NCBI GenBank assembly: GCA_025358885.1
Contig: JANYHW010000006.1
Coordinates: 27-64,026, forward strand
Origin: Cytophagales bacterium
Lineage (GTDB): Bacteria; Bacteroidota; Bacteroidia; Cytophagales; Cyclobacteriaceae
Direction of reading: 5' to 3'
Length of the DNA: 64,000 bases
Shown here: in pieces, positions 10,887 through 20,323 of the stretch
How the letters are laid out: every line of letters begins with the position of its first letter
Position numbering within the stretch: the stretch's first letter is position 1
The notes under the pieces: generated by a model
Database searches by the model: none
What the model was told of the DNA's origin: nothing
Seen by the model: only the letters and a program-made list of their open reading frames with translations
Position numbers and translations under genes: made by a program

Positions 10887-10983
10887 AGTCTTGAATACCT
10901 GGTTTTGAATTTGGGCCGAAGAAGAATTTTAGCGAGCGAAAATAGGAGTGGGCAGCGATCCTGTCAACGCTTCAGAAAGTTGA

Positions 10984-11712
10984 CTACCAACTCCCACTGC
11001 TTCCCCCACCCCCAAAACTTCCACCCCCTCCGGAAAAGCCACCACCACCTCCTCCCCAGTTGCCTCCTCCTCCTCCAATGAACCAGCCGCCTCCGGAAGT
11101 CCAGCCACCACTTCTTCCACCCCTGCGGGCAAGGAATCTGAACAGTGAGAAAATGATGAAAATGACCAACAGGGTTACAAATCTATTGCCGCCACCGGTG
11201 CCGCGAACCGGCCCATCCTCCGCTTTGTATTCGCCTTTGATGGATTGCATGATTGCATTAGTTGCCGCGGTGACTCCTGCATCATAGTCACCCCGACGGA
11301 AGTTTGGGGCCATTTCGTTCCGGATGATGCGGTTGCAAATGGCATCGGGTAGAGGGCCTTCAAGACCTTGGCCTACTTCAATACGCATCTTGCGGTCGTT
11401 GATGGAAACCAGCAGAACAACCCCGTTATCCTTGTCCTTCTGTCCCAATTTCCATTTTTCAGCAACTCGCAAACCATATTGTTCAATTACCTCACCATCG
11501 AGTGTAGGCACGATGAGAATGACAATCTGGTTGGAGGTGGAGTCTTCGAATATTTTAAGCCTTTGCTCAAGGTTATCAATGGTCTGCTGGGCAAGGGCCT
11601 TCGCTTCGTCATGCACATGTTGCCCCCAGAGTTCTGGGATTTCCTTTTGTGCAAATGCACGGATGGATGCACATAGTGAAAGGAGTATAAAGAAGAAAGT
11701 GAGTCGTTTCAT
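10984..11712 (-). CDS. TPM-domain (YgcG-like) protein with signal peptide, TM helix and Gly-rich tail
   Basis: QIVILIVPTL, WKLGQKDKDNGV, RIEVGQGLEG motifs and GGGSFGGGGSSGSW tail; start reassigned to MKRLTFF. Confidence 0.9.
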   Translation of the reverse strand: MKRLTFFFILLSLCASIRAFAQKEIPELWGQHVHDEAKALAQQTIDNLEQRLKIFEDSTSNQIVILIVPTLDGEVIEQYGLRVAEKWKLGQKDKDNGVVLLVSINDRKMRIEVGQGLEGPLPDAICNRIIRNEMAPNFRRGDYDAGVTAATNAIMQSIKGEYKAEDGPVRGTGGGNRFVTLLVIFIIFSLFRFLARRGGRSGGWTSGGGWFIGGGGGNWGGGGGGFSGGGGSFGGGGSSGSW

Positions 11713-11740
11713 GAGATTTACCTGTAGGAAATGTGAGGAA

Positions 11741-12394
11741 TTAATCTTCCATGCGAAGGTCATCTCGCAATTCATTGATGTCGTCGTGGGTTTTTACAAA
11801 ACCTTTTTCAAGAAGGATTTCTCCGCATCGGAGGATTGCCGCCTCCATTCCATCAGTGACCTTACCCATGCGTATTTTGTCGATAATATTTCGGACCAGA
11901 ATATCCCATTCTTTTTGCTCCACCACCTTGCTAATGCCACGATCGGCCATGACGATTACCTCGTGTTCGAAAAATGACACAAAGATCATGATGCCGGTGC
12001 GGTGGCGCGTATTAAATACCTCTTCTTCAAGAAACGCACTCTCTGCTCGTTTTCGTGTAGCCTGGTCCATGTGCGCCTGGCTGAGGAGCAATCTTTTGAA
12101 AGGGGGTAAAATGCTTGAGACAACGGCACCTATAAGTCCTCCAAAGCTCACTACTGCGAAAATGAAGATTGGATCATAAATGGCCAGGGTCGGCACATAG
12201 CGGTCCAGTACAATAATGAGAAGAAATACGGCCGTGGCAAGAATCATTGCCCCTACATAATGTGTTATGGTGTAGTGACCGCTTCGCTCCACAAAGACGG
12301 GCACGATTTCACCGGAGATTTTGTCTTCGGCCTTTTTTACAGAAGCTTTAATCCGTTCGAGATCCTCTGGTGTAAATCTGTTTTGAAGAGACAT
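11741..12394 (-). CDS. TPM-domain membrane protein (second, hairpin-TM type)
   Basis: AEDKISGEIVPV, two TM helices, TRHRTGIMIFVS..EH motif and C-terminal NEL; start reassigned to MSLQNRF. Confidence 0.85.
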   Translation of the reverse strand: MSLQNRFTPEDLERIKASVKKAEDKISGEIVPVFVERSGHYTITHYVGAMILATAVFLLIIVLDRYVPTLAIYDPIFIFAVVSFGGLIGAVVSSILPPFKRLLLSQAHMDQATRKRAESAFLEEEVFNTRHRTGIMIFVSFFEHEVIVMADRGISKVVEQKEWDILVRNIIDKIRMGKVTDGMEAAILRCGEILLEKGFVKTHDDINELRDDLRMED

Positions 12395-12487
12395 AATTGT
12401 TAGGGCGGAGATGATTTGACAAACTTTCCTGCAGACGCATCTGCAACTTGATTGGGCTTGTGTACATGGTAGGCACCAAGCCTTCAA

Positions 12488-12495
12488 CAAATTTA
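12488..12495 (-). promoter_or_regulatory. -7 element TAAATTTG for the TPM pair
   Basis: Exact TAnnTTTG match about 95 nt upstream of the ATG at 12394. Confidence 0.5.
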
Positions 12496-12563
12496 GCAAT
12501 ACGGCATCACTTCAATGGCATTTTTTCTCCTCTCAATTAACAGTACCTTTTCAATCAAAAATT

Positions 12564-13028
12564 ATGCCCATGGACCTTTCTGATCTTCACCAGGTACTGC
12601 ATTGGGCCTCAGAGGGTAAAACCAGGGAACTCGAAAACCTGTTCAACCAGTCCCTGCAACTAAGGGCTATTGGGGCTACGGTTGACCTTTCTGACCAGGA
12701 GCATCCTTTGGTCTTGCTTAAAGAGGTTCAACCCATGCACCTTGGCGGGATTGGTGGCGCCGCAGTAAATGGTGGTATCATTTCAATGCTCGTTGATCTA
12801 GCCATCGGCTTATTGGGGATACCCTATTACAAGGAGGGCCTCACGGCCACCCATCACCTTTCAATCCATTTTGTAAAGCCGTTGATGGCGAAAGCTATCC
12901 GGCTGGAGGCCGAAAAAACACACGTACTGCACAATCGGGTTTTCGGTCATGTGAAAGTGATGAATGAAAAAAACGAAGTATGTGCTTATGCAACAGGGAC
13001 AGTAGTAAAAGGAATAAAGAAAACATGA
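12564..13028 (+). CDS. PaaI-family (hot-dog fold) thioesterase
   Basis: NGGIISMLVDLAIG motif, SIHFVKP, typical length. Confidence 0.85.
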   Translation: MPMDLSDLHQVLHWASEGKTRELENLFNQSLQLRAIGATVDLSDQEHPLVLLKEVQPMHLGGIGGAAVNGGIISMLVDLAIGLLGIPYYKEGLTATHHLSIHFVKPLMAKAIRLEAEKTHVLHNRVFGHVKVMNEKNEVCAYATGTVVKGIKKT

Positions 13029-13051
13029 CGGACGTGATTCGCCCGAAACCA

Positions 13052-14389
13052 TCAAATGATTTTCCCTTTCCAGCGACCCGATCGAATATATAAGAAGGCC
13101 ATGGAGAACATGCTCATCCAATAGACCCATTCACTTCCCCAACCCCATGTAATCGGTAGGTGATAATACTCGAGCACAAAATATACGTACAGACTGTACA
13201 ATGTTATGGTTACAAGTTCGATGGACAGGTTCACCACCGTATTTCCCGAACCGGTAACAGCATTCAGCCAGACCACAGAGAATGACATCATGAGTAGCGC
13301 GACAGACACCACGCGTACTACGGGCACCGCCTCAGCAATAAATGATTCCCCCTGACCATAGAAAGAGAGGAAGGCCATTGGAAATAGGTTTAGCGCAACT
13401 ACCATCGCAAATGAACAGGAGAAGCTTATTTTAACAATCTTCCGAATAAGGGGTAGTACCTCTTCTTCTCGTCCTTGTCCGATGATGTTGCTTACCATCG
13501 AGTTGGTGGTAGCCGCAAATGCCCAAGAGAAGATGCCCGCAACGCCAAAAATATTTCGCATCGTGTTCGATATGGCCAGCGCTCTTTCGCCGTGATGTTC
13601 AATGAGGATGTAGAAATATTCCCAGGTGATAATGCTGATGGCAAACTGGGCAATCAGCGGCGCGGACTGAATGAGAATGAGTTTGAACGTAGTAAAGGAG
13701 AGTTGGGTCTGCTCAAAGAAGGCAAACTTTCGATGCAACCCATTGAGATGGATGACCAGGTAAATTACGAGGAGGCCGGTTGCTTCAGCGATGATGGAAG
13801 CATAGGCCGCACCGTCAAAACCCAATGAAGGCATTCCGAAATGGCCGTAGATAAAACTGTAATCGAGAAAAATATTCGTGAGCGCCTCCGACATGGTGCC
13901 CCATACCAGGAACCGTGTTTGGTTGGTGCCCACCAGAAAGGCATTGCGCATAACATAGAGATAGAGGAAAGGCAATCCCCAGATGCGTATCAGGAGAAAC
14001 CGAATGACAGTTTCGGCTACCTCCTGGTTATGGATGGTTGCACGCAATATCATGGGTGCGAAAGTGTAAGTGGCCAGGATTCCCAGGAAGGCAATGGCAA
14101 GAGCAACCCATACCCCGTGAAAGAAGAGCTGGCCTATTTCTTTTGGTAGATTTTGCCCCGCCCGTCGTGCAATGAGTGCCTGCAATCCATTGTTCAAGCC
14201 GTTGCCGATGACGGCAAAAATCAGGTAATAAACCCCTGTGATTCCTGCACTGGCAAGTGCTTGTTCTCCGAGGCCGCTGAGAAAAACATTGTTGGTAATG
14301 AAGTTGATCTGAGGCACCAGCATCGCCAGCGAAATAGGAAGCGCCATCAGCAGAATCTGCCGATAGGAGGTGTTCAGACGGAGTTCCAT
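13052..14389 (-). CDS. MATE-family efflux transporter
   Basis: 12 TM segments; internal duplication (LIARRAGQ / VSNIIGQG); FIYGHFGMPSLG. Confidence 0.92.
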   Translation of the reverse strand: MELRLNTSYRQILLMALPISLAMLVPQINFITNNVFLSGLGEQALASAGITGVYYLIFAVIGNGLNNGLQALIARRAGQNLPKEIGQLFFHGVWVALAIAFLGILATYTFAPMILRATIHNQEVAETVIRFLLIRIWGLPFLYLYVMRNAFLVGTNQTRFLVWGTMSEALTNIFLDYSFIYGHFGMPSLGFDGAAYASIIAEATGLLVIYLVIHLNGLHRKFAFFEQTQLSFTTFKLILIQSAPLIAQFAISIITWEYFYILIEHHGERALAISNTMRNIFGVAGIFSWAFAATTNSMVSNIIGQGREEEVLPLIRKIVKISFSCSFAMVVALNLFPMAFLSFYGQGESFIAEAVPVVRVVSVALLMMSFSVVWLNAVTGSGNTVVNLSIELVTITLYSLYVYFVLEYYHLPITWGWGSEWVYWMSMFSMAFLYIRSGRWKGKII

Positions 14390-14465
14390 AGAATTATTAC
14401 CGAGGTGAGTGATACACCACTGCGAAGAAAATGAAAAAGAGCCGCTTTAGGTCAGGTTGAGCAAA

Positions 14466-15818
14466 TCAAATTACTCCCTGCGCCTGCATGGCCCTCGCCA
14501 CTTTCAGAAACCCGGCAATATTTGCTCCGATCATGTAATTACCAGGCTTTCCATATTCCTTGGCTGCTGCCAGGCTGACATCGTGAATGTTCTTCATGAT
14601 GGAGATGAGCCTGGAGTCAACTTCTTCCCGCGTCCAACTTGTGCCCATATAGTTTTGGGTCATTTCCAATCCTGACGTCGCCACTCCTCCGGCATTGGAG
14701 GCCTTTCCGGGTGCATAATTCACTCCATTGTCGAGCAAAATGTTTATACCCTCAATGGTGGTGGGCATATTGGCTCCTTCACCCAGGAGTTTTACGCCAT
14801 TCTTTACAAGGTTTCCGGCATCTTTTCCATTGACTTCATTTTGTGTCGCACAAGGGAAAGCACAATCGGCTTTAATGTTCCAAAGTGGATTCTGATCCGC
14901 TTTGGGATCAAGGTCCTTGTACGAGCATTTGTATTTATCCGCATACTCTTTAATCCTACCTCGTCTATTGTTTTTTAAATCTTCCAGGAAGGCAAGTTTT
15001 TCCGTGTTGAAGCCTGCCTCGTCGTAAATGAAGCCACTGGAATCAGAGGCCGTTACAGCCTTACCGCCAAGCTGAATAATTTTCTCAATAGCATATTGCG
15101 CCACATTTCCCGAACCAGAAACAAGACAAACTTTTCCTTTTATGGAATCCTTTTTTTCCTGCAGCATGTTTTCTGCAAAGTAGATTAATCCATAGCCCGT
15201 GGCCTCTGTACGAATCAAACTCCCGCCCCAGCCGAGGCCTTTGCCGGTGAGTACACCCGTGAATTCATTCTTTATCTTTTTGTAGGCACCAAACAGGAAT
15301 CCAATCTCCCGCCCTCCTACACCAATGTCTCCCGCAGGAACATCCAGGCGGTGATTGATGTGCCTGGCTAGTTCACCCATAAAGGCGTGGCAAAATCGCA
15401 TCACTTCATTATCTGACTTTCCTTTCGGATCAAAATCGGCGCCACCCTTCCCTCCACCCATTGGGATTCCAGTAAGTGCATTCTTGAAGATCTGCTCGAA
15501 CGCAAGAAATTTCAATATGCTGGGAGTAACGGAGGGATGAAAACGCAAGCCACCTTTGTAAGGTCCGATCGCACTGTTCATTTGTACACGATAGCCGCGG
15601 TTTACTTGAACATTTCCGGCATCATCCATCCAGGTGACGCGGAACGAAATCAAACGCTCGGGCTCCAACATTCGCTCCAGTAACTTAAGCTTCGCGAATT
15701 CCGGATTCTTCGCAAGTACTGGCAAAACAGAAGCAATTACTTCTTCCGCTGCCTGAATGAACTCCGGCTCATTGGGATTGCGCCTTCTGACCTGAGCGAG
15801 TATTTCAGAATGATCCAT
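14466..15818 (-). CDS. gdhA: NADP-specific glutamate dehydrogenase
   Basis: GPYKGGLRFH, GGGKGG, VPAGDIGVG, GSGNVA and EGANMP motifs. Confidence 0.97.
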   Translation of the reverse strand: MDHSEILAQVRRRNPNEPEFIQAAEEVIASVLPVLAKNPEFAKLKLLERMLEPERLISFRVTWMDDAGNVQVNRGYRVQMNSAIGPYKGGLRFHPSVTPSILKFLAFEQIFKNALTGIPMGGGKGGADFDPKGKSDNEVMRFCHAFMGELARHINHRLDVPAGDIGVGGREIGFLFGAYKKIKNEFTGVLTGKGLGWGGSLIRTEATGYGLIYFAENMLQEKKDSIKGKVCLVSGSGNVAQYAIEKIIQLGGKAVTASDSSGFIYDEAGFNTEKLAFLEDLKNNRRGRIKEYADKYKCSYKDLDPKADQNPLWNIKADCAFPCATQNEVNGKDAGNLVKNGVKLLGEGANMPTTIEGINILLDNGVNYAPGKASNAGGVATSGLEMTQNYMGTSWTREEVDSRLISIMKNIHDVSLAAAKEYGKPGNYMIGANIAGFLKVARAMQAQGVI

Positions 15819-15955
15819 AATTCAAAAATTTACTACCAATATAGCAGAAGTACTGCTAATGCAAACGATTGAAAAGTGGATGAAAGCCAAAATTTTACAT
15901 AATTGGCACCTTAAGCTAACTTCAAACCTGATTCGTAAATCCTTAAACCCAATCC

Positions 15956-16867
15956 ATACATACCATCCTCGGAGCCAACGGCGTCATCGCGAAAGAACTT
16001 TCCAAACACCTTCCCGCGTTTGGGCAACAAATCCGTCAGGTAAGCCGCCACCCGCAAAAGGTGAATGCCACGGATCAATTAGTGTCTGCTGATTTGTTGA
16101 ACTACGAACAAACGGAACAAGCGGTATCCGGGAGTGACGTTGTCTATCTTCTGGCCGGATTGAAATATGATATAAAAGTTTGGCAGAGGGAATGGCCAAT
16201 CCTTATGAAGAATGTGATCGATGCTTGCAAGAAGCACAATTGTAAACTGGTATTTTTTGATAACGTATACTCCTACGGACTTGTAAACGGGGTAATGACA
16301 GAATCAACTCCATTTAATCCTTCAAGCAAGAAGGGGGAGGTTCGTGCCAAAATCGCAACCCTGCTGCTGGATGAAATGAAAGCAGGCAACCTCACAAGCA
16401 TGATCGTACGCGGTGCGGATTTCTATGGACCTGACGCAATGATGAGCATGACATATTCAACAGTAACCCAAAGATTAAAGGCCGGTCAGGGTGCTCAATG
16501 GATCGGGAAGGCGAATAAAATTCATACGTTTACCTACACACCAGATGCTGGCAAATGTGTCGCCATGTTGGGAAACAACCCTAATGCATTCAATCAAACC
16601 TGGCATACCCTTACTAGCAAAGAAAGAATCACAGGAGAAGGGCACGTTCGAATTGCATGCGAAATCCTGAATAGAAATTACAAACTTCAATCTCTTCCGA
16701 AATTTGGAGTTCAACTCATTGGTTTGTTTGTTCCAATATTGAGGGAGTTTGTGGAAATGATGTACCAGTTTGAACAGGATTATATTTTTGACAGCACAAA
16801 ATTTGAAAAGGAATTTGGTGTTCAGGCCACCTCATACAAGGAAGGGATTGCGGCAACACTTACCTGA
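15956..16867 (+). CDS. NAD-dependent epimerase/dehydratase family protein (N-terminus extended to an ATA codon)
   Basis: The track ORF starts at GTG 16061, but the frame stays open upstream through HTILGANGVIA (Rossmann motif) to an in-frame TAA at 15944-15946. Confidence 0.8.
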   Translation: MHTILGANGVIAKELSKHLPAFGQQIRQVSRHPQKVNATDQLVSADLLNYEQTEQAVSGSDVVYLLAGLKYDIKVWQREWPILMKNVIDACKKHNCKLVFFDNVYSYGLVNGVMTESTPFNPSSKKGEVRAKIATLLLDEMKAGNLTSMIVRGADFYGPDAMMSMTYSTVTQRLKAGQGAQWIGKANKIHTFTYTPDAGKCVAMLGNNPNAFNQTWHTLTSKERITGEGHVRIACEILNRNYKLQSLPKFGVQLIGLFVPILREFVEMMYQFEQDYIFDSTKFEKEFGVQATSYKEGIAATLT

Positions 16868-17009
16868 GTATTTTATTCTCAATCTGGAAGATATCTCTGA
16901 AACTTCCCATAAAGTAGAATGCCCATATCGCAAATGTACTAAAGCCTATTGAATCAATAGACTTTAAAGGTGCAAAAATTGGCCTGGGAGGGTCGCTTTG
17001 GCATTCGGT

Positions 17010-17040
17010 TTTGCGGGGACGCATTCACGGTTTATTTTTG
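17010..17040 (+). promoter_or_regulatory. Bacteroidota promoter for the GH3 gene (TTTG 17010-17013, 19 nt spacer, TATTTTTG 17033-17040)
   Basis: Canonical -33/-7 elements and spacing; argues against the upstream TTG start at 16998. Confidence 0.7.
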
Positions 17041-17051
17041 ATCCACCTACT

Positions 17052-18566
17052 ATGCAAATCATCAATTCGATCCTTACCTGGGTCATGAAGAAGCGAATCC
17101 ATCAGATGGAGCTCTTTATGAAGTACCCCAACGACGTCCAGGAAGAGCTTCTTCATCGGTTACTGCTGACCGCCCGTCCGACAGAATTTGGAAAGAAATA
17201 TGGATTTGATGAGATGGTGAACTACAATGACTTTGTGCGTCAGGTTCCTGTACATTCTTATGAAAGGCTCTTTCCCTATATCGATCGGATGATGAAAGGG
17301 GAGCAGAATGTACTATGGCCGACAGAAATCAAATGGTTTTCGAAATCTTCCGGTACAACCAATGCCCGCAGCAAGTTTATTCCTATTTCGGCAGAATCGC
17401 TCGAAGAATGTCACTTCAAAGGAGGCAAGGATTTGTATTGTATTTATGTCAATAATTATCCCGAAACGAAAATTTTTTCAGGAAGGGGATTGGCCATTGG
17501 GGGGAGCCACCAGATCAATGAGCTTGATCCGAGTTCAACATCATACTATGGCGATGTATCGGCCGTGATAATGCAGAACCTGCCGATCTGGGCACAATTG
17601 ATCAGGACCCCAAGCCTCGAAGTTGCCTTGATGAGCAATTGGGAAGAAAAAATAGAAAAGCTTGCCCGGGAGACAGCCACCGTCGACGTGACACATATTG
17701 CCGGAGTGCCTACATGGACTGTCCTGTTGCTTCAACGGATTATGGAAATATCGAAGAGGCCGATACACGAAGTATGGCCCAACCTGGAAGTATTTTTTCA
17801 TGGAGCAGTCGCCTTTTCGCCCTACAGGAACCTTTTCAAAACCCTTATTCCCAGTGCCACGATGAATTACTGGGAGACCTACACGGCCAGCGAAGGATTT
17901 TTTGGAATTCAGGACATCAGCCATTCAGAGGAATTATTGCTTATGCTTGACTATGGCATATTTTACGAGTTCATACCTACGGAAGAATCGGAGGAGGAAA
18001 GTCCAACAGCCATCCCCTTGAGTGATGTGGAACTTGGAAGAAATTATGCCATGGTGATCACCACCAACTCAGGCTTGTGGCGATACAATATTGGAGACAC
18101 GGTGAAATTCACCAGCAGAACTCCGTATCGCATCAAGATTTCAGGAAGGACCAAACATTTCATCAATGCCTTCGGAGAGGAAGTTATTATTGAGAATGCG
18201 GAGGCTGCCATCACTCGTGCATGCGAACTCACAGGCGGAGTGATTAATAATTTTACTGCGGCACCCATCTTTCTGGAGAAGAATAAGCGCGGAGGGCACG
18301 AATGGCTTATTGAATTTCACACGTTGCCCAATAACCTGGAAGAATTCGGAAGGATCCTCGATGACACCCTCCGAAGAATCAACTCAGATTACGACGCCAA
18401 GCGGTTCCATGACATGGCTCTGATCGCCCCCAAGTTGCACAGTGTGCCGGAGGGAACTTTCTACAATTGGATGAAGCGTCGTGGCAAGCTCGGGGGACAA
18501 AATAAGGTCCCCAGGCTCAGCAATTCCCGTGAATTCTTAGAAGATATCCTGTCAAGTATTTCCTAA
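17052..18566 (+). CDS. GH3 auxin-responsive-promoter family (adenylate-forming acyl-amido ligase-like) protein
   Basis: SKSSGTTN, YTASEG, LWRYNIGD and NKVPRL motifs. Confidence 0.92.
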   Translation: MQIINSILTWVMKKRIHQMELFMKYPNDVQEELLHRLLLTARPTEFGKKYGFDEMVNYNDFVRQVPVHSYERLFPYIDRMMKGEQNVLWPTEIKWFSKSSGTTNARSKFIPISAESLEECHFKGGKDLYCIYVNNYPETKIFSGRGLAIGGSHQINELDPSSTSYYGDVSAVIMQNLPIWAQLIRTPSLEVALMSNWEEKIEKLARETATVDVTHIAGVPTWTVLLLQRIMEISKRPIHEVWPNLEVFFHGAVAFSPYRNLFKTLIPSATMNYWETYTASEGFFGIQDISHSEELLLMLDYGIFYEFIPTEESEEESPTAIPLSDVELGRNYAMVITTNSGLWRYNIGDTVKFTSRTPYRIKISGRTKHFINAFGEEVIIENAEAAITRACELTGGVINNFTAAPIFLEKNKRGGHEWLIEFHTLPNNLEEFGRILDDTLRRINSDYDAKRFHDMALIAPKLHSVPEGTFYNWMKRRGKLGGQNKVPRLSNSREFLEDILSSIS

Positions 18567-18581
18567 AGAGATAAAACGATC

Positions 18582-19190
18582 TCAGGAATTCTTCCACTTT
18601 ATTCCACAACCAATTGCCTTGGTTTTTGTCGTCGGTACTGATTTTCCGGCGAGCAATGCGTCAATGGCTTCTTCGACATATTTTTTGGTTACTGACGACT
18701 CATCACGGGCATTGTCATCAATCGTACCAACATACTCCACCTTTAAATCATTGGCCTTTCTGCTAAGCACATATACATGAGGCGTATTGGTTGCACCATA
18801 CATTTTGGCGACCGATTGGGACTCATCTACAAGGTATGGAAACGCATATCCTTTCTTTTTAGAATAGCTCACCATCTTATCAAATGAATCTCCTGGAGAA
18901 CTTTCCGGGTCGTTGGCGTTGATGGCCACCACGGGGAACCCCTTTCCGACATAATGTTCATTTAACGCCACAATCCGGTCGTTGTAGGCCTTTGAATAGG
19001 GGCATGTGTTACAATCAAATATTACAATGAATCCTTTGGCATCTTTCCAGTCGGAAAGAGAAATCATTTTTCCGTCTACATTCTTCAGCTTAAAGTCCTT
19101 AGCAGTATCGCCAACTTCATATCCATTCTTTATCGGGGCACCTGATGTGAGACACAGGATGACAGCACATCCAAATACTAACTGCTTCAT
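18582..19190 (-). CDS. Secreted thioredoxin-family (AhpC/TSA-like) protein
   Basis: Signal peptide, CNTCPY, YGATNTP and AIGCGIKW. Confidence 0.88.
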   Translation of the reverse strand: MKQLVFGCAVILCLTSGAPIKNGYEVGDTAKDFKLKNVDGKMISLSDWKDAKGFIVIFDCNTCPYSKAYNDRIVALNEHYVGKGFPVVAINANDPESSPGDSFDKMVSYSKKKGYAFPYLVDESQSVAKMYGATNTPHVYVLSRKANDLKVEYVGTIDDNARDESSVTKKYVEEAIDALLAGKSVPTTKTKAIGCGIKWKNS

Positions 19191-19218
19191 ATGATTTGTT
19201 TTTGGTTAATTATGATCT

Positions 19219-19692
19219 CTATAGCACGCCAGCAATCAATTTCTCAAGGTCGCCATCATGAAGTTCCTTTTCTACAAATTTTCTCTTACCGGTCTTGTTG
19301 TTCACGACCAAGGTTGCCGGTAGTGAGCCGGACCAGCCTTTTTCAAGCTTATCAATCCATGCATTCGGATTTCGCTCATTCAGGATCAATACCTCGGATT
19401 GGATCTTTTTACGCAGAACAAATTTTCTAACCTTTTCAGGGTCCGGATCGAGGTCCATGTCCATACTTACCAAACGCACCCGCACATCTTGCCGATCATT
19501 GTGCAGCTTTTCAAACAGGGGCAATTCTTTAAGGCATGGGGCACACCAGGTAGCCCAGAAATTGATAACCTGTATTTGATTCTTTTCCTCCTGTATGATC
19601 TGCTGAAGTTTCTCAAGTTTCACCAGTTCACCAGACTGGGCTGACGCTGAATATCCAAGAGGCAGGAGGATCGCAAAAAAGGCATATTTCAT
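19219..19692 (-). CDS. TlpA-family disulfide reductase
   Basis: NFWATWCAPC and cis-Pro LPAT; start reassigned to MKYAFF (signal peptide). Confidence 0.9.
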   Translation of the reverse strand: MKYAFFAILLPLGYSASAQSGELVKLEKLQQIIQEEKNQIQVINFWATWCAPCLKELPLFEKLHNDRQDVRVRLVSMDMDLDPDPEKVRKFVLRKKIQSEVLILNERNPNAWIDKLEKGWSGSLPATLVVNNKTGKRKFVEKELHDGDLEKLIAGVL

Positions 19693-20071
19693 CCTGTATG
19701 CTAACGCGATTTTCCGGTTGAGGTTAGGTTTGAACAGGTCCGTGAGCATTTGTGTCATCTTGGATTAATGCCAACAAAAGTGCTAAAATTCAGGCACTTA
19801 TAAATGCGCCTAAAACCAGCTATAAAGAATTCCACAAATCGGCCATTTTATCCACATTACCGGACTGTTATGCTTTAATCATGTGATTAACTGATAGTTA
19901 CAATCACTTTCGTCAATCACTTGTTTGTGGATATCTCCAAGGCCCTGAAGATTAGGGCAGAATTTTCTAATGTACTAATACTCAATTATCTACAGCCAAA
20001 AGGGTGAGGTGACTAGGTGTAGAGTACTAAGGTCACAGCCTGAATTAGAGAAATCAATACACCAGGAATGA

Positions 20072-20323
20072 CTATTTGAATGCAAGTTTGAAGAATGCGG
20101 GGCGAGGCGAAGAGGAAATTGTTGTATTAGACTTTGGGAGGTGTTTTTGCTGATCGAGCCAGGAGAGATAATCCTGATACAAAATGCAGTCATTCATCAA
20201 AGCCTGATCTTTGACAATCTTAATAATCTTGTCCTGCTGAAAGGACTGCCAGATTTGATCTTTCTGTTCTTGCGGCAAGGAGGAAATGCGGATGAACTCG
20301 ATTCCTTTGAAGTTTTCTGCCAT
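20072..20323 (-). CDS. Small hypothetical protein (83 aa)
   Basis: Free-standing ORF in the gap with protein-like composition; no family recognised. Confidence 0.55.
   Translation of the reverse strand: MAENFKGIEFIRISSLPQEQKDQIWQSFQQDKIIKIVKDQALMNDCILYQDYLSWLDQQKHLPKSNTTISSSPRPAFFKLAFK

Noticed and set aside
10984-11120. CCT/CCA-rich low-complexity tract
   Set aside because: It encodes the ordinary Gly-rich tail of the TPM protein.
12430-12482. Guanidine-II or SAM riboswitch assignment for the TPM leader
   Set aside because: Sense-strand loops are not ACGR, and the SAM-I core is absent apart from GGTGCC.
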